Counted from the stretch's first letter, positions 1-9,069 are shown. The stretch: 64,000 nt of DNA from Bacteroidales bacterium (GCA_038252165.1 JBBSAP010000004.1:16504-80503); one strand, 5' to 3'. The notes: a model not told the origin generated them from the letters alone. Numbers and translations: made by a program.

Positions 1-484
1 CCAAAGGATACATGAAAATTAAGAAGCCAAGTAATGCTTTATTCATTTTCAGGTTTGTCCAAAATGTGGGAAATTCTATAAAAAATGTCGGTTAGAAAAT
101 TGAGCATTTTATGTTAAGTTTTTAGCCTTTCAAAACCATTGCCTATAAAACCAAATTTATTAGTTTTCTATGAGATAATCATAATAATTAGAGAAAGAAT
201 CTGATTTTCAGTAAGCATTCCACGGATGTACTTTTCAGGTTAAGGAGTTAGTTAATATCAAAGTTAGGCCATGTTTAATCTAAAGTCAAAAGTTACACCA
301 GCAAAAAGCTCAAGTCAACTTTATTTTAACTAAGTCTTATACAAAGTTCGATTACCTACATATCAAAGTCTACTACTTTCGTATCAAAAAATGATACTTT
401 GGTTACATTTTCAGTGGAAATTGATGCAAAAACAAGAATTTTGTATTCCGGAAGTTTTATTAACTTTAAGACAAACCTATTTTA

Positions 485-736
485 ATGAAATATTATTCTA
501 TTGACAAGCCAGAAAAATGTCCGGCATGCGGTTCACAGCGGATCACAACGTTTCTTTATGGAGAACCCGGCTATTCTGAGGAACTTATGGCTGATATTAA
601 AGCTGGAAGAGTAATTCTTGGAGGGTGTTGTATTTCAGGCTATGATCCTGATTGGGAGTGCGTTGATTGTAAAGCAGAGATATTTCAAAAGAACCTGTCA
701 TCAACAAATAGTCTAATCATAATGTCGATTGATTGA
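485..736 (+). CDS. small hypothetical protein with two CxxC pairs (zinc-ribbon-like)
   Basis: 83-aa ORF with CPAC near the N-terminus and CVDC near the C-terminus. It is convergent with the EcsC-like gene. I recognise no family beyond the Cys pattern. Confidence 0.45.
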   Translation: MKYYSIDKPEKCPACGSQRITTFLYGEPGYSEELMADIKAGRVILGGCCISGYDPDWECVDCKAEIFQKNLSSTNSLIIMSID

Positions 737-841
737 AGCCCTGCTGTTTAAATTACTACTCTCCTGTTTTAAGAACCACTTCCAACCACTGACAGCAAAC
801 ACTGATTAGGGGCAGATTATATTCTAAAGGATTAATTAAAA

Positions 842-1639
842 CTATCCTATATCAGGTAATTCTTCATACAGATTTCTTATGATTTCTTTGCCATATACTC
901 TTTCTAATTTTCTAACAATAAAATGCCCCTTTGCCATATCTTGAAAGTGATCAATAAAAATGGTATTAATTATAGCTCCTCCAGCTGCACCGATTGCAGG
1001 TATTGCTTGTGCTGCAGCTTTCTCAGTGATTTGTATTCCAAATCTTTGTGAAATAATCGCTATCAACTTAACCAATAATGGGGCACCATCTTCTGTCAAA
1101 CCTTTTTCAACAATAAATTTCGTCGCTTCAGAAACCGATTTTGCTAAAAGAGTTCGAACTGCATAATATCCGCTTTCTGTACCATCATCAGATTTGCTAT
1201 TACCACCTAAAGCAAAAACCTCTAAGCAAGCTAATTTTGTTTCGTCGCTTGTAATAGATTCACCATGCGATCTGGCAATTTCTGCAATAGAACGTAACAT
1301 TATTGTAGTTGATATTGGAAGTTCGATTGCTAATACAGCAATACCGAAAAAGCCACCAAGACCACCACTTGCTGCAACCCCTAATTTATGCCATTTGTTT
1401 GAAGATTCTTCACCCGGATTATCTTTTATAGTAAATATTGCCGCTTCTGATGCTTTGAGTAGAGCCGTCTTAGTAATTTTTCCGATTTTATCACCCCAGT
1501 TTTTAGGTAGTTTTTCAATTCCTTTTTCAATTGGTATTCCAATAACGTTAGTGATTTTAGCCGCAATCCCAGGGTTTTCTAATAAATTTTTAGCTAATTG
1601 AAGTTCTTTTCTATCTGATTCAGATATAATCGTTTTCAT
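842..1639 (-). CDS. EcsC family protein
   Basis: 265-aa ORF. Central Gly/Ala-rich hydrophobic segments (GVAASGGLGGFFG, AIPAIGAAGGAIINT) and overall layout match my recollection of the EcsC family. The antisense ORFs 960-1166 and 1194-1601 are treated as artefacts. Confidence 0.7.
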   Translation of the reverse strand: MKTIISESDRKELQLAKNLLENPGIAAKITNVIGIPIEKGIEKLPKNWGDKIGKITKTALLKASEAAIFTIKDNPGEESSNKWHKLGVAASGGLGGFFGIAVLAIELPISTTIMLRSIAEIARSHGESITSDETKLACLEVFALGGNSKSDDGTESGYYAVRTLLAKSVSEATKFIVEKGLTEDGAPLLVKLIAIISQRFGIQITEKAAAQAIPAIGAAGGAIINTIFIDHFQDMAKGHFIVRKLERVYGKEIIRNLYEELPDIG

Positions 1640-1682
1640 TATATTTTAATATTTAATTTACTAGTGTCCGGTTAAAATGAAG

Positions 1683-1868
1683 GAGATTACCTTCGGTGAT
1701 CTCGTCCCGCTAGCGGGACTCGGTTCTTCGCTTCGCTCAGAATGACAAGTGTTTAGTGAGCTAGTAGGGAGGAGGGGGATGGCTGGAGGCATTTCCTCCA
1801 GCCACCCCCCTCCCCCAAAACACAAATGTCTGTCATTCTGAGCGAAACGAAGTGAAGCGAAGAATCTC
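1683..1868. repeat. nested palindromic intergenic element, copy A
   Basis: Left arm ggttcttcgcttcgctcagaatgaca (1722-1747) is the inverted complement of right arm tgtcattctgagcgaaacgaagtgaagcgaagaatctc (1831-1868), apart from a 10-nt insert. The arms enclose a G-rich/C-rich hairpin (1767-1789 pairs with 1795-1816, imperfect). Two further small hairpins lie at 1683-1703 and 1703-1719. Confidence 0.85.
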
Positions 1869-2118
1869 ATACTCGTTTTATTAGTTTTCCCGGACAATAG
1901 TGTATTTAATTAATAAATAAAGAAATATAAGTGAGTTTCTACAATTGCTTTGATAGGCTACAAACCAAATTCTTATACGAAGTTACTACTCGTTTAAGCC
2001 AAAGTCAACTTTATTTTAAACAAAAAACTCCCGATTTTCACCAGTAGTCTCAATGTAATGATGAAAGCAATAGTTGGCATAATCTTTGTTTAAAAGTATT
2101 GGAATATTAAAACTAAAA

Positions 2119-2739
2119 ATGATGAAAAAGATATTTGTTTTTGTTCTGGTAGTATTGTTTGCAATACCGACATTTTCCCAGATTAAACTTGGAATAAAAG
2201 CAGGTGTAAACACAACAACTGTTCCTACATATAATGTTACAACTGGAGTTAATACTATTGAATCGCTGAAAGATGCTGCTTACGGTTTTCATGCCGGTGC
2301 ATTTCTACGCATTACTATGTTAATTGTTTATATAATGCCGGAAGTGGTGTTTTCTTCAACAAATTATGAATATAACGTTACTACAGCTTCGCATCCTCAA
2401 GAAGTTCTATCACAGAAATTCAATAAACTTGAAATTCCTGTGCTTGTTGGTCTTAAACTAGGTCCGCTTCGTATTAACGCAGGACCAGCTGCCTCAATAT
2501 TGATTAATTCACCAAAAGAACTTATTTCTGATCCCAATTTCTCCAAATTAGACAGGACTGCTACTTTCGGATATCAGGCTGGTGTTGGCTTTGATCTCTT
2601 CAAGACACTGACATTTGACCTTCGTTACGGTGGAAGTTTAAGTAATAAGTTTGGTGATTATGTAAATATTGGCAGCCATACTTTCAACCTTGACCATCGC
2701 GAGCCTTCTCTTATGTTGAGCGTTGGACTAATGTTCTAG
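2119..2739 (+). CDS. outer-membrane beta-barrel (porin-family) protein
   Basis: Start moved to the internal MMKKIFVFVLVVLFAIPTFSQ signal peptide. Alternating beta-strand pattern with aromatic residues and a C-terminal ...SVGLMF. Confidence 0.6.
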   Translation: MMKKIFVFVLVVLFAIPTFSQIKLGIKAGVNTTTVPTYNVTTGVNTIESLKDAAYGFHAGAFLRITMLIVYIMPEVVFSSTNYEYNVTTASHPQEVLSQKFNKLEIPVLVGLKLGPLRINAGPAASILINSPKELISDPNFSKLDRTATFGYQAGVGFDLFKTLTFDLRYGGSLSNKFGDYVNIGSHTFNLDHREPSLMLSVGLMF

Positions 2740-2830
2740 AAATACAATATATTTTATTTGTCAAAAAGTCAAAACCTTTGCTCCATTCTTTAAATAATCT
2801 GTAAGAGGTTTCCCCAAAGATTCAAATTAA

Positions 2831-2866
2831 AGACTCTTTATAAGACTCCTTATAAGACTCCTTATT
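2831..2866. repeat. 12-nt tandem repeat x3 (agactcYttatW)
   Basis: agactctttata / agactccttata / agactccttatt read directly in the intergenic region. Confidence 0.8.
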
Positions 2867-3149
2867 CAGTTTTCCTGCATGAGAGTTTTGTGATAAATTT
2901 GTCCAATAGGGTTAAAACTAATTTACTCAATTTCAAATACTATCACCCGATTACTATCTCTGCTTATACCATACAAAACCATTTTGTTTTTAACCGTGCG
3001 GTCAAAATCAATACCCTTCCCAAAAATTGGTGTCTGAATTGTTTTTCCTGTTTTCGTCAATGCAGCACCCAAATTAAAAAAATGAACATTGGAATTCAAT
3101 TAGTTAGTAAATTATTCTTTAAGTGTGTCGAAAACATCTAAAAAGGAGG

Positions 3150-3220
3150 GAGATCCCTCGCTTCGCGTCGGGATGACGTCCGAATTTTTGTGGGTTGCGA
3201 GAAATGAAGTGAAGAATCTC
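3150..3220. repeat. degenerate short copy of the palindromic element (copy B)
   Basis: gagatccctcgcttcgcgtcgggatgacg (3150-3178) and gcgagaaatgaagtgaagaatctc (3197-3220) resemble the outer arms of copies A, C and D. The GC-rich inner hairpin is missing. Confidence 0.6.
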
Positions 3221-3448
3221 TATCCCCTGATTTCGTCAATGCAGCACTCAGCTCTGAAGGAGCTGAATATTAGATTCAACGGTACAGGTGACTGTCCTTG
3301 ACTTTTATTCCTTTGTTTCGTAACTTTATAACAATGAATTAATAGAAAAATGTCAGTCGACTTTTTGGAAAACTTTGAGATGGAGAACATTTCAATCGTT
3401 AATTTGTTTAAGCTGAAAAGGATTATTCGAGGCATTAACCCAGATCTT

Positions 3449-4780
3449 ATGAAAAGCATATATGCAACTGTATTGATTAGTTTATTCCTGTTACTCAGAA
3501 CAAGTGAAGCTACTGCACAAAGAGGAACAGAGGAAAAAAAGCCGAACCGTCAGGAGAGACTGGAGGATCGTGCAAATACGACGGAAATTTCCCGAACTAT
3601 CAGTAATGCGGATTACACTGACGTTTATGACAGAAGCATATTGATGTATGCTTCCTCCAAGGGTTACACAAGAGCATGCAAAATACTTCTAAGGAGGGGA
3701 GCAGATCCCAACCTGCAAGCAATTGATGGTGCTACTGCAGGGGTATTTGCTTCTTACGGTGGTTATTTAAAGATCATCAAACTTCTTCTTGAAAAAGGCC
3801 TTGATCCAAATTTGCAGGCTCTTGACGGAAGCAATGCCCTGATGATGGCTTCCCAGAACGGACACACCGGGGTAGTTGGATTATTACTTGACTATGGTGC
3901 AAATCCAAATCTCCAGGCGTCCGACGGATATACATCCCTGATGCTCGCATCGCAGAATGGATATACCGATATAATCAGCCGGCTCATAGAGAAAGGGGCA
4001 AAAGTAGATATACAGGATTATAATAATGAGACAACCGCTCTTATCCAGGCTTCCCTGTTTGGATACACCTTTGCTGCCATGATGCTGCTTAAAAACGGAG
4101 CTGACCCTGATCGTCAGGATAAGGGAGGTGCAACTGCACTAATGACGGCATCTATGATTGGACAAACTGATTATGCAAAATTGCTCATGGCCTCCGGCGC
4201 TGATATCAACCTGAAATCAGCTGACGGGTCAGACGCCCTCATGCTGGCTTCATTAAATGGACATACTGACATTGTAAAAGCATTGCTTGAAAAAGGAGCT
4301 ATCCCTGATTCACAGGAAAAAGACGGCACAAATGCAATTGTAATTACTGCAAAAGATGATATAGCAGACAGTATTAAAATGAGACTTTACACAGGATCAA
4401 GTAAGGATCTTCAATACTCTGAGAATGTGACCGCAAGGATAGCTGCAATGGAAAATGGAAACTTTGAAGCAGTTGAGTTATCAGCCATGAAAGAGGCCAA
4501 TGATGATTTCATGGCAAATTCCATCAGGTCAACGGCTTTTTTACGTTCTTCCGGCAGCGGATTTTTAGCAATAGTAAAAGTGTTTCTTAAAAAACCCGGA
4601 CTCATTGATTTAAATAGAACTGCCAGGTACACTGATCTAATGGCTGCCTCAATGAACGGGTATGCAGATATTGTTAAGCTGCTCCTTGAAAAAGGAGGAA
4701 ATCCTTATTTAAAAGATAATGAAGGCAAAACGGCTCTTGACTATGCAGGGAATACCGATATCAAAAACCTGCTCAAATGA
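3449..4780 (+). CDS. secreted ankyrin-repeat protein
   Basis: Start moved to MKSIYATVLISLFLLLRTSEATAQ (signal peptide). About 8 consecutive 33-aa ANK units are visible (e.g. DGSNALMMASQNGHTGVVGLLLDYGANPNLQ), plus a terminal unit (LMAASMNGYADIVKLLLEKGGNP). Confidence 0.85.
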   Translation: MKSIYATVLISLFLLLRTSEATAQRGTEEKKPNRQERLEDRANTTEISRTISNADYTDVYDRSILMYASSKGYTRACKILLRRGADPNLQAIDGATAGVFASYGGYLKIIKLLLEKGLDPNLQALDGSNALMMASQNGHTGVVGLLLDYGANPNLQASDGYTSLMLASQNGYTDIISRLIEKGAKVDIQDYNNETTALIQASLFGYTFAAMMLLKNGADPDRQDKGGATALMTASMIGQTDYAKLLMASGADINLKSADGSDALMLASLNGHTDIVKALLEKGAIPDSQEKDGTNAIVITAKDDIADSIKMRLYTGSSKDLQYSENVTARIAAMENGNFEAVELSAMKEANDDFMANSIRSTAFLRSSGSGFLAIVKVFLKKPGLIDLNRTARYTDLMAASMNGYADIVKLLLEKGGNPYLKDNEGKTALDYAGNTDIKNLLK

Positions 4781-4842
4781 ACCGGCACTCCTGACGGGTT
4801 TCAGCAGGAGTAAAAGCACAATTGATTAAACAAGCACCAGCA

Positions 4843-5550
4843 CTACTCAAAAACAAACGTTCCAAAGCTGTTATACTCATGGAATGACCGATTGGTCTTC
4901 TGCCATGCAAAATGCGAAGCACCCTTGTCGTAATCAATCCTGTACATATTCGCCCTCCATTTTGTACCAGATGCAGGAGGAACCTGAGGAAGTGGATTCA
5001 GCAATTTATACGGTATGAAGAACTCAGCAATCCATCCGGCTACTTTGGCTCCACCCTGCTTCTCCCCCCCTATGGTACCCGTGGCATGAATGACCCTCTT
5101 TTCTCCACCGTAATTCCATGGCAGCCAGCCTAAAAACTTTCCTTTATAGTTTGGGACCATGATAGGCAATTCATAATCCATGGGAGAGATCTCATATTCG
5201 AAATACACTGGAAAATCTTCAGATGTCCAAAGAAAGACCTCAACCACATCTTCTTCCCAAAGATTAAGGTTGTCATCCCTCATGGTGGTTGTCAGTTTTT
5301 CATCGTCGCAGCGGAAAAGGAAATATATCCCTGTTCCGGAATAGAGAACCTTTACCATTGTCTTATAGTCGATGTAGTCAGAGCCCTGGGGGACAAGTTT
5401 TATCCATTCTGCAGTGTTCCATGTAATTGAACTTCCCTCCCCGTTAATAGTAAAATCCTTGCATTTTTTTATAGTAACCGAAGTACTTTCCTGGGCTGAT
5501 ACAGCTGCAGACAGCAAGACAGAAAGAAATAGAATGAATATCTTTTTCAT
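4843..5550 (-). CDS. carbohydrate-binding family 9-like / DOMON-like secreted protein
   Basis: 235 aa with signal peptide MKKIFILFLSVLLSAAVSAQ. The motifs EDVVEVFL and WIAEFFIPY are typical of CBM9-like proteins as I recall them. It lies 6 nt downstream of iolG on the same strand. Confidence 0.55.
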   Translation of the reverse strand: MKKIFILFLSVLLSAAVSAQESTSVTIKKCKDFTINGEGSSITWNTAEWIKLVPQGSDYIDYKTMVKVLYSGTGIYFLFRCDDEKLTTTMRDDNLNLWEEDVVEVFLWTSEDFPVYFEYEISPMDYELPIMVPNYKGKFLGWLPWNYGGEKRVIHATGTIGGEKQGGAKVAGWIAEFFIPYKLLNPLPQVPPASGTKWRANMYRIDYDKGASHFAWQKTNRSFHEYNSFGTFVFE

Positions 5551-5556
5551 ATTTTT

Positions 5557-6570
5557 TTATAATATCTCATTAAGTTTTACAGGCCGGTTTTCCTTTTGCG
5601 ATTTTTTTGCCGCGAGTGCAATGGCTACAGACATCAATCCGTCAGTACCTGAAACCGGAAGCTCCTTATCATTAATTACCGCATCGCAAAAGATCTTCAT
5701 CTCATTTGCATAAGCCTCAAGATACCTGTCCATGAAAAAGTTCAGAGGAAGGGAGCCATGGACGCCATCATCTGCAAAATAGCGGTGATTCTCGGGGAAA
5801 TTATTATCAGCACAGATCATCCCTCCGGATCCGAATATTTCAACACGCTGGTCATATCCATAGACAGCTTTGCGGCTGTTATCAATAACACCTATGGCTC
5901 CATTGGCAAAGCTCAGGGTAATAATAGCAGTATCGACATCTCCAGCCTTACCGATGGCAGGATCAACAAGCACTGCCGACTTTGCATATACCTCTGTCAC
6001 TTCGCTTCCTGTAATGTAACGTGCCATATCAAAATCATGAATTGTCATATCCATGAACATCCCGCCTGATGTTGCACTGTACTCTGCCGGCGGCGGCGCC
6101 GGATCGCGTGATGTGATCTTCAGGATGTGCGGCTCACCTATTTTCCCTTCAATCACCAGTTGCCTTATTTTAAAGAAATTAGGATCGAAACGACGATTAA
6201 ATCCTACCATCAGCTTTACACCTGCTTTCGCTACTGCAGCAATGGCACCTTTTATTACATCAAGGGAAAGATCCACTGGTTTTTCACAAAAAATATGTTT
6301 TCCTGCTTTTGCTGCCTCCACAATGTATTTTGCATGTGTGTCTGTCGGAGAGCAGATCGCAACAGCCTCAACTTCAGGATGCTTAAGGACATCCAGATAA
6401 CTGCTGTAGACAGAAGTTATCCCAAATGCCTTTGCCACTTCATTTGCGCTTTCCAGATTAATGTCAGCAATAGCCACCACATCAGCCTGCGGAACATTCT
6501 GAACAAGGGTTGCAATATGTACCTTGCCAATCCTCCCGGTGCCGATTACTCCAAGTTTTAACTTTTTCAT
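5557..6570 (-). CDS. iolG: myo-inositol 2-dehydrogenase (Gfo/Idh/MocA family)
   Basis: Start moved to MKKLKLGVIGTGRIGKVH (Rossmann GxGxxG). The track's longer ORF reads through the heptamer repeats. EKP motif (FCEKPVDL), GFNRRFDP, and iol operon context. Confidence 0.85.
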   Translation of the reverse strand: MKKLKLGVIGTGRIGKVHIATLVQNVPQADVVAIADINLESANEVAKAFGITSVYSSYLDVLKHPEVEAVAICSPTDTHAKYIVEAAKAGKHIFCEKPVDLSLDVIKGAIAAVAKAGVKLMVGFNRRFDPNFFKIRQLVIEGKIGEPHILKITSRDPAPPPAEYSATSGGMFMDMTIHDFDMARYITGSEVTEVYAKSAVLVDPAIGKAGDVDTAIITLSFANGAIGVIDNSRKAVYGYDQRVEIFGSGGMICADNNFPENHRYFADDGVHGSLPLNFFMDRYLEAYANEMKIFCDAVINDKELPVSGTDGLMSVAIALAAKKSQKENRPVKLNEIL

Positions 6571-6605
6571 ATTTACGATATTAAAGATTGTGTGAAATAT
6601 AAGAG

Positions 6606-6670
6606 TTGCTTGTTGCTTGTTGCTTGTTGCTTGTTGCTTGTTAACCAGTAACAAGTAACCAGTAACCAGT
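6606..6670. repeat. two adjacent heptamer tandem arrays: (TTGCTTG)x4 then (AACCAGT/AACAAGT)x5
   Basis: Read directly at 6606-6633 and 6636-6670, inside the 112-nt iolE-iolG spacer. Confidence 0.9.
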
Positions 6671-6682
6671 AACCCGATTTAA

Positions 6683-7582
6683 TTATAATCCAAGTGATTT
6701 TATAAATTCCCGGTTACGCTTCGCGCATACTTTCGGATTCCCCATTCCAGGCAGTACATCCTGCTCCACAACTATCCAGCCTGAATATTCCTGAGCATGA
6801 AGCTCACTGACAATTGCCCTGAAATCGACTGATCCCTTTCCCAGCTCACAAAAAACTCCGCCGGCAACTGATTTAAAATAATCCCAGTTTTCAGTACGTG
6901 ATTTTTTTGCAGTTTCAGGATGACAATCTTTGAAGTGTATATGCCATATACGGTCATTATGATTAGTAAGAGCCTTAAGCGGATCACCTCCGCCAAACAT
7001 ATAATGGCCCATGTCAAGAACAAGGCCGACAAGAGAAGGGTCGGTCAGTGAAAGCAGTTTGTCAATTTCGGCAGGTGTTTCCACAAACCCTGCGCAATGA
7101 TGATGAAAGACGGTCCGCAATCCTGTCCGGGATTTGACTTCCCGTGCAATTAGATCAGCACCTTCAGCGAACACTTTCCATTCAGCATCAGTAAGTCCCA
7201 TCGACGGAGTCACTCTTCCTGCGTTTTGGGTACGTTCTTTTACACTTCCGTTTTCATCGGCAAGAACAATAAAAGAATCAGGGAAGCCTGCTTCTGCCAT
7301 CAGCCTGGCAGTTTTGACCGCATTTTCAACACCAGCGGCATGCTTATTTTTGTCCTTGAGAAATACAGGAACAAAGGCTCCAACCATTTCCAGGGAACGT
7401 TTATCAAGCTCTTTTCTTAGCTCTTTCGGAATAACTGGCATAAATCCCCAGTCGCCAAGCTCAGTACCCTGATAACCAGTCTCCCGGATCTCATCAAGGA
7501 CCTGTTCAAAACCGGCTGCTTTGCCTTCAAGTTCAAATTCGAGTACACCCCAGGAACATGGGGCATTTGCAATTTTTATCAT
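6683..7582 (-). CDS. iolE: inosose dehydratase-like sugar phosphate isomerase/epimerase (xylose isomerase-like TIM barrel)
   Basis: Start moved to MIKIANAPCSWG, which avoids overlap with mmsA. FHHH, DMGH and HIHFKD metal-ligand style motifs, WIVVEQD near the C-terminus, and position between mmsA and iolG. Confidence 0.7.
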   Translation of the reverse strand: MIKIANAPCSWGVLEFELEGKAAGFEQVLDEIRETGYQGTELGDWGFMPVIPKELRKELDKRSLEMVGAFVPVFLKDKNKHAAGVENAVKTARLMAEAGFPDSFIVLADENGSVKERTQNAGRVTPSMGLTDAEWKVFAEGADLIAREVKSRTGLRTVFHHHCAGFVETPAEIDKLLSLTDPSLVGLVLDMGHYMFGGGDPLKALTNHNDRIWHIHFKDCHPETAKKSRTENWDYFKSVAGGVFCELGKGSVDFRAIVSELHAQEYSGWIVVEQDVLPGMGNPKVCAKRNREFIKSLGL

Positions 7583-7593
7583 ATCGTTTAGTA

Positions 7594-9069
7594 TTAGAAT
7601 TTCCTTGTCCATTCATCATGCCAGCGCTCAATAACGACTTTTGTCTGGGTATAGAATTCAACTGCATGGTTTGATTGTCCGTGCAGGTCGCCGAAAAAGC
7701 TATCCTTCCATCCGCTGAAAGGGAAGAAAGCCATTGGGGCAGCTATTCCTATATTTATTCCGATATTTCCAGCCAATGTATCATGTCTGAATTTCCTGGC
7801 CGCGGCCCCGTTGCGGGTAAATATGCAGGCTGAATTGCCATACCGGCTCCGGTTAATAAGAGTTATTGCATCATCAAGAGTTTTAGTACTGACAATACAC
7901 AAAACAGGTCCAAAAACCTCAGTATTATAGATCTCACTTTCAGAGCTTACATTTCCCAGAATTGTCGGACCAATGAAATTCCCCTTCTCAAAACCTGGCA
8001 CGGTTAAATTCCGTCCATCAAGGAGCAGGTCAGCGCCATCATCCAATCCTTTTTGGATCAAGCCATTGATTCGGTCTTTGCTCTCTTTGGTAATGACAGG
8101 CCCCATTTCAACATCGGCTGCTAAGCCATTTCCGATCTTTTTGGCCCTGGCTGATGCGACAATTTTATCAGTGAAGGTTTTGGAAGCATCACCAACCAGA
8201 ATAACAAGAGAAGCCGCAAGACAGCGCTGTCCGGCACATCCGAAAGCACTGTCGGCAATAATCTTAACCGTAGTTTCCGGATCTGCATCAGGCATTACCA
8301 CAACCGGATTCTTGGCACCGCCCTGAGCCTGAACACGTTTCCCGTTTGCCACACCTGTCTGATAAATGTATTTAGCCACCCTGGTAGAGCCGACAAAGCT
8401 TATTGCATGTATGCCCGGATGATTAAGAATTGCATCAACTGTCTCTTTTCCACCATGCACCATATTCAGAACTCCCGGGGGAAGCTTCAGTTCGTCAAAC
8501 AGTTCGAATATATATGCCATTGTACCCGGCACTTTCTCTGATGGTTTGACAATATATGTGTTCCCGCAGGCGATAGCGTAAGGCATAAACCAGAATGCTA
8601 TCATAACAGGGAAGTTGAAAGGGGCAATGCATGCACCGACACCCACCGGTTGCCGTATGACAAATTCATCTATCCCTTTTGAAATATCCTCCGAGAATTC
8701 GCTTTGTAAGAGTTTTGGTATTCCGCATGCAACCTCTATGTTTTCAACTGCCCGCACAACCTCAGCCTTTGATTCAGAAAAAGTCTTTCCGCTTTCTTTT
8801 GTACAGATTTCTGAAATTTTGTCAGCGTTTTTCTCCAGTATCTGCTTCATCCTGAAAAGATACTGAATGCGCTGTGCAGCAGGGACCTCCCTCCACGACA
8901 AATATGCCTGGTATGCTTTCTCTGCCGCAAGTGAAACATCATCACCCGATCCGGCAGGGACACTTGCCAGAAGGCTCCCATCAGCAGGATTTACAACATC
9001 AATAAACGATGTGCTCCTGCTTACTACCCATTCCCCGTTAATATAATTCCGCAGCGTTTGTTTTATCAT
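7594..9069 (-). CDS. mmsA: CoA-acylating methylmalonate/malonate-semialdehyde dehydrogenase
   Basis: 491-aa aldehyde dehydrogenase fold. Catalytic Cys context FGCAGQRCLA and C-terminal GWKDSFFGDLH are typical of MmsA/IolA. Confidence 0.9.
   Translation of the reverse strand: MIKQTLRNYINGEWVVSRSTSFIDVVNPADGSLLASVPAGSGDDVSLAAEKAYQAYLSWREVPAAQRIQYLFRMKQILEKNADKISEICTKESGKTFSESKAEVVRAVENIEVACGIPKLLQSEFSEDISKGIDEFVIRQPVGVGACIAPFNFPVMIAFWFMPYAIACGNTYIVKPSEKVPGTMAYIFELFDELKLPPGVLNMVHGGKETVDAILNHPGIHAISFVGSTRVAKYIYQTGVANGKRVQAQGGAKNPVVVMPDADPETTVKIIADSAFGCAGQRCLAASLVILVGDASKTFTDKIVASARAKKIGNGLAADVEMGPVITKESKDRINGLIQKGLDDGADLLLDGRNLTVPGFEKGNFIGPTILGNVSSESEIYNTEVFGPVLCIVSTKTLDDAITLINRSRYGNSACIFTRNGAAARKFRHDTLAGNIGINIGIAAPMAFFPFSGWKDSFFGDLHGQSNHAVEFYTQTKVVIERWHDEWTRKF

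Noticed and set aside
1-46. Possible 5' end of a minus-strand gene (MNKALLGFLIFMYPL...) running off the left edge
   Set aside because: Only 15 codons are visible, which is too little to support a call.
1194-1601. 135-aa plus-strand ORF (and 960-1166) inside the EcsC-like gene
   Set aside because: It is antisense to a recognisable protein family gene. Its composition is low-complexity and hydrophobic, typical of shadow ORFs.
1661-1897. 78-aa minus-strand ORF
   Set aside because: It lies entirely within the nested palindromic element. Its translation (SLRFAQNDRH...CHSERSEEP) is the well-known artefact of reading such repeats.
1974-1985. tatacgaagtta, 12 of 13 nt of a loxP arm
   Set aside because: It is a single half-site with no inverted partner at the correct spacing. 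It is most likely chance in AT-rich DNA and is reported only as part of the flanking-repeat observation.
2890-3141. 83-aa plus-strand ORF, and the 79-aa minus-strand ORF at 3220-3459
   Set aside because: Both are AT-rich and low-complexity, and they overlap repeat and remnant sequence and the ankyrin gene leader. No motifs are recognisable.
6571-6654. N-terminal extension of iolG (MLLVNKQQATSNKQQATL...)
   Set aside because: It is encoded by the heptamer tandem repeats. The canonical Rossmann N-terminus begins at the internal Met (6570).
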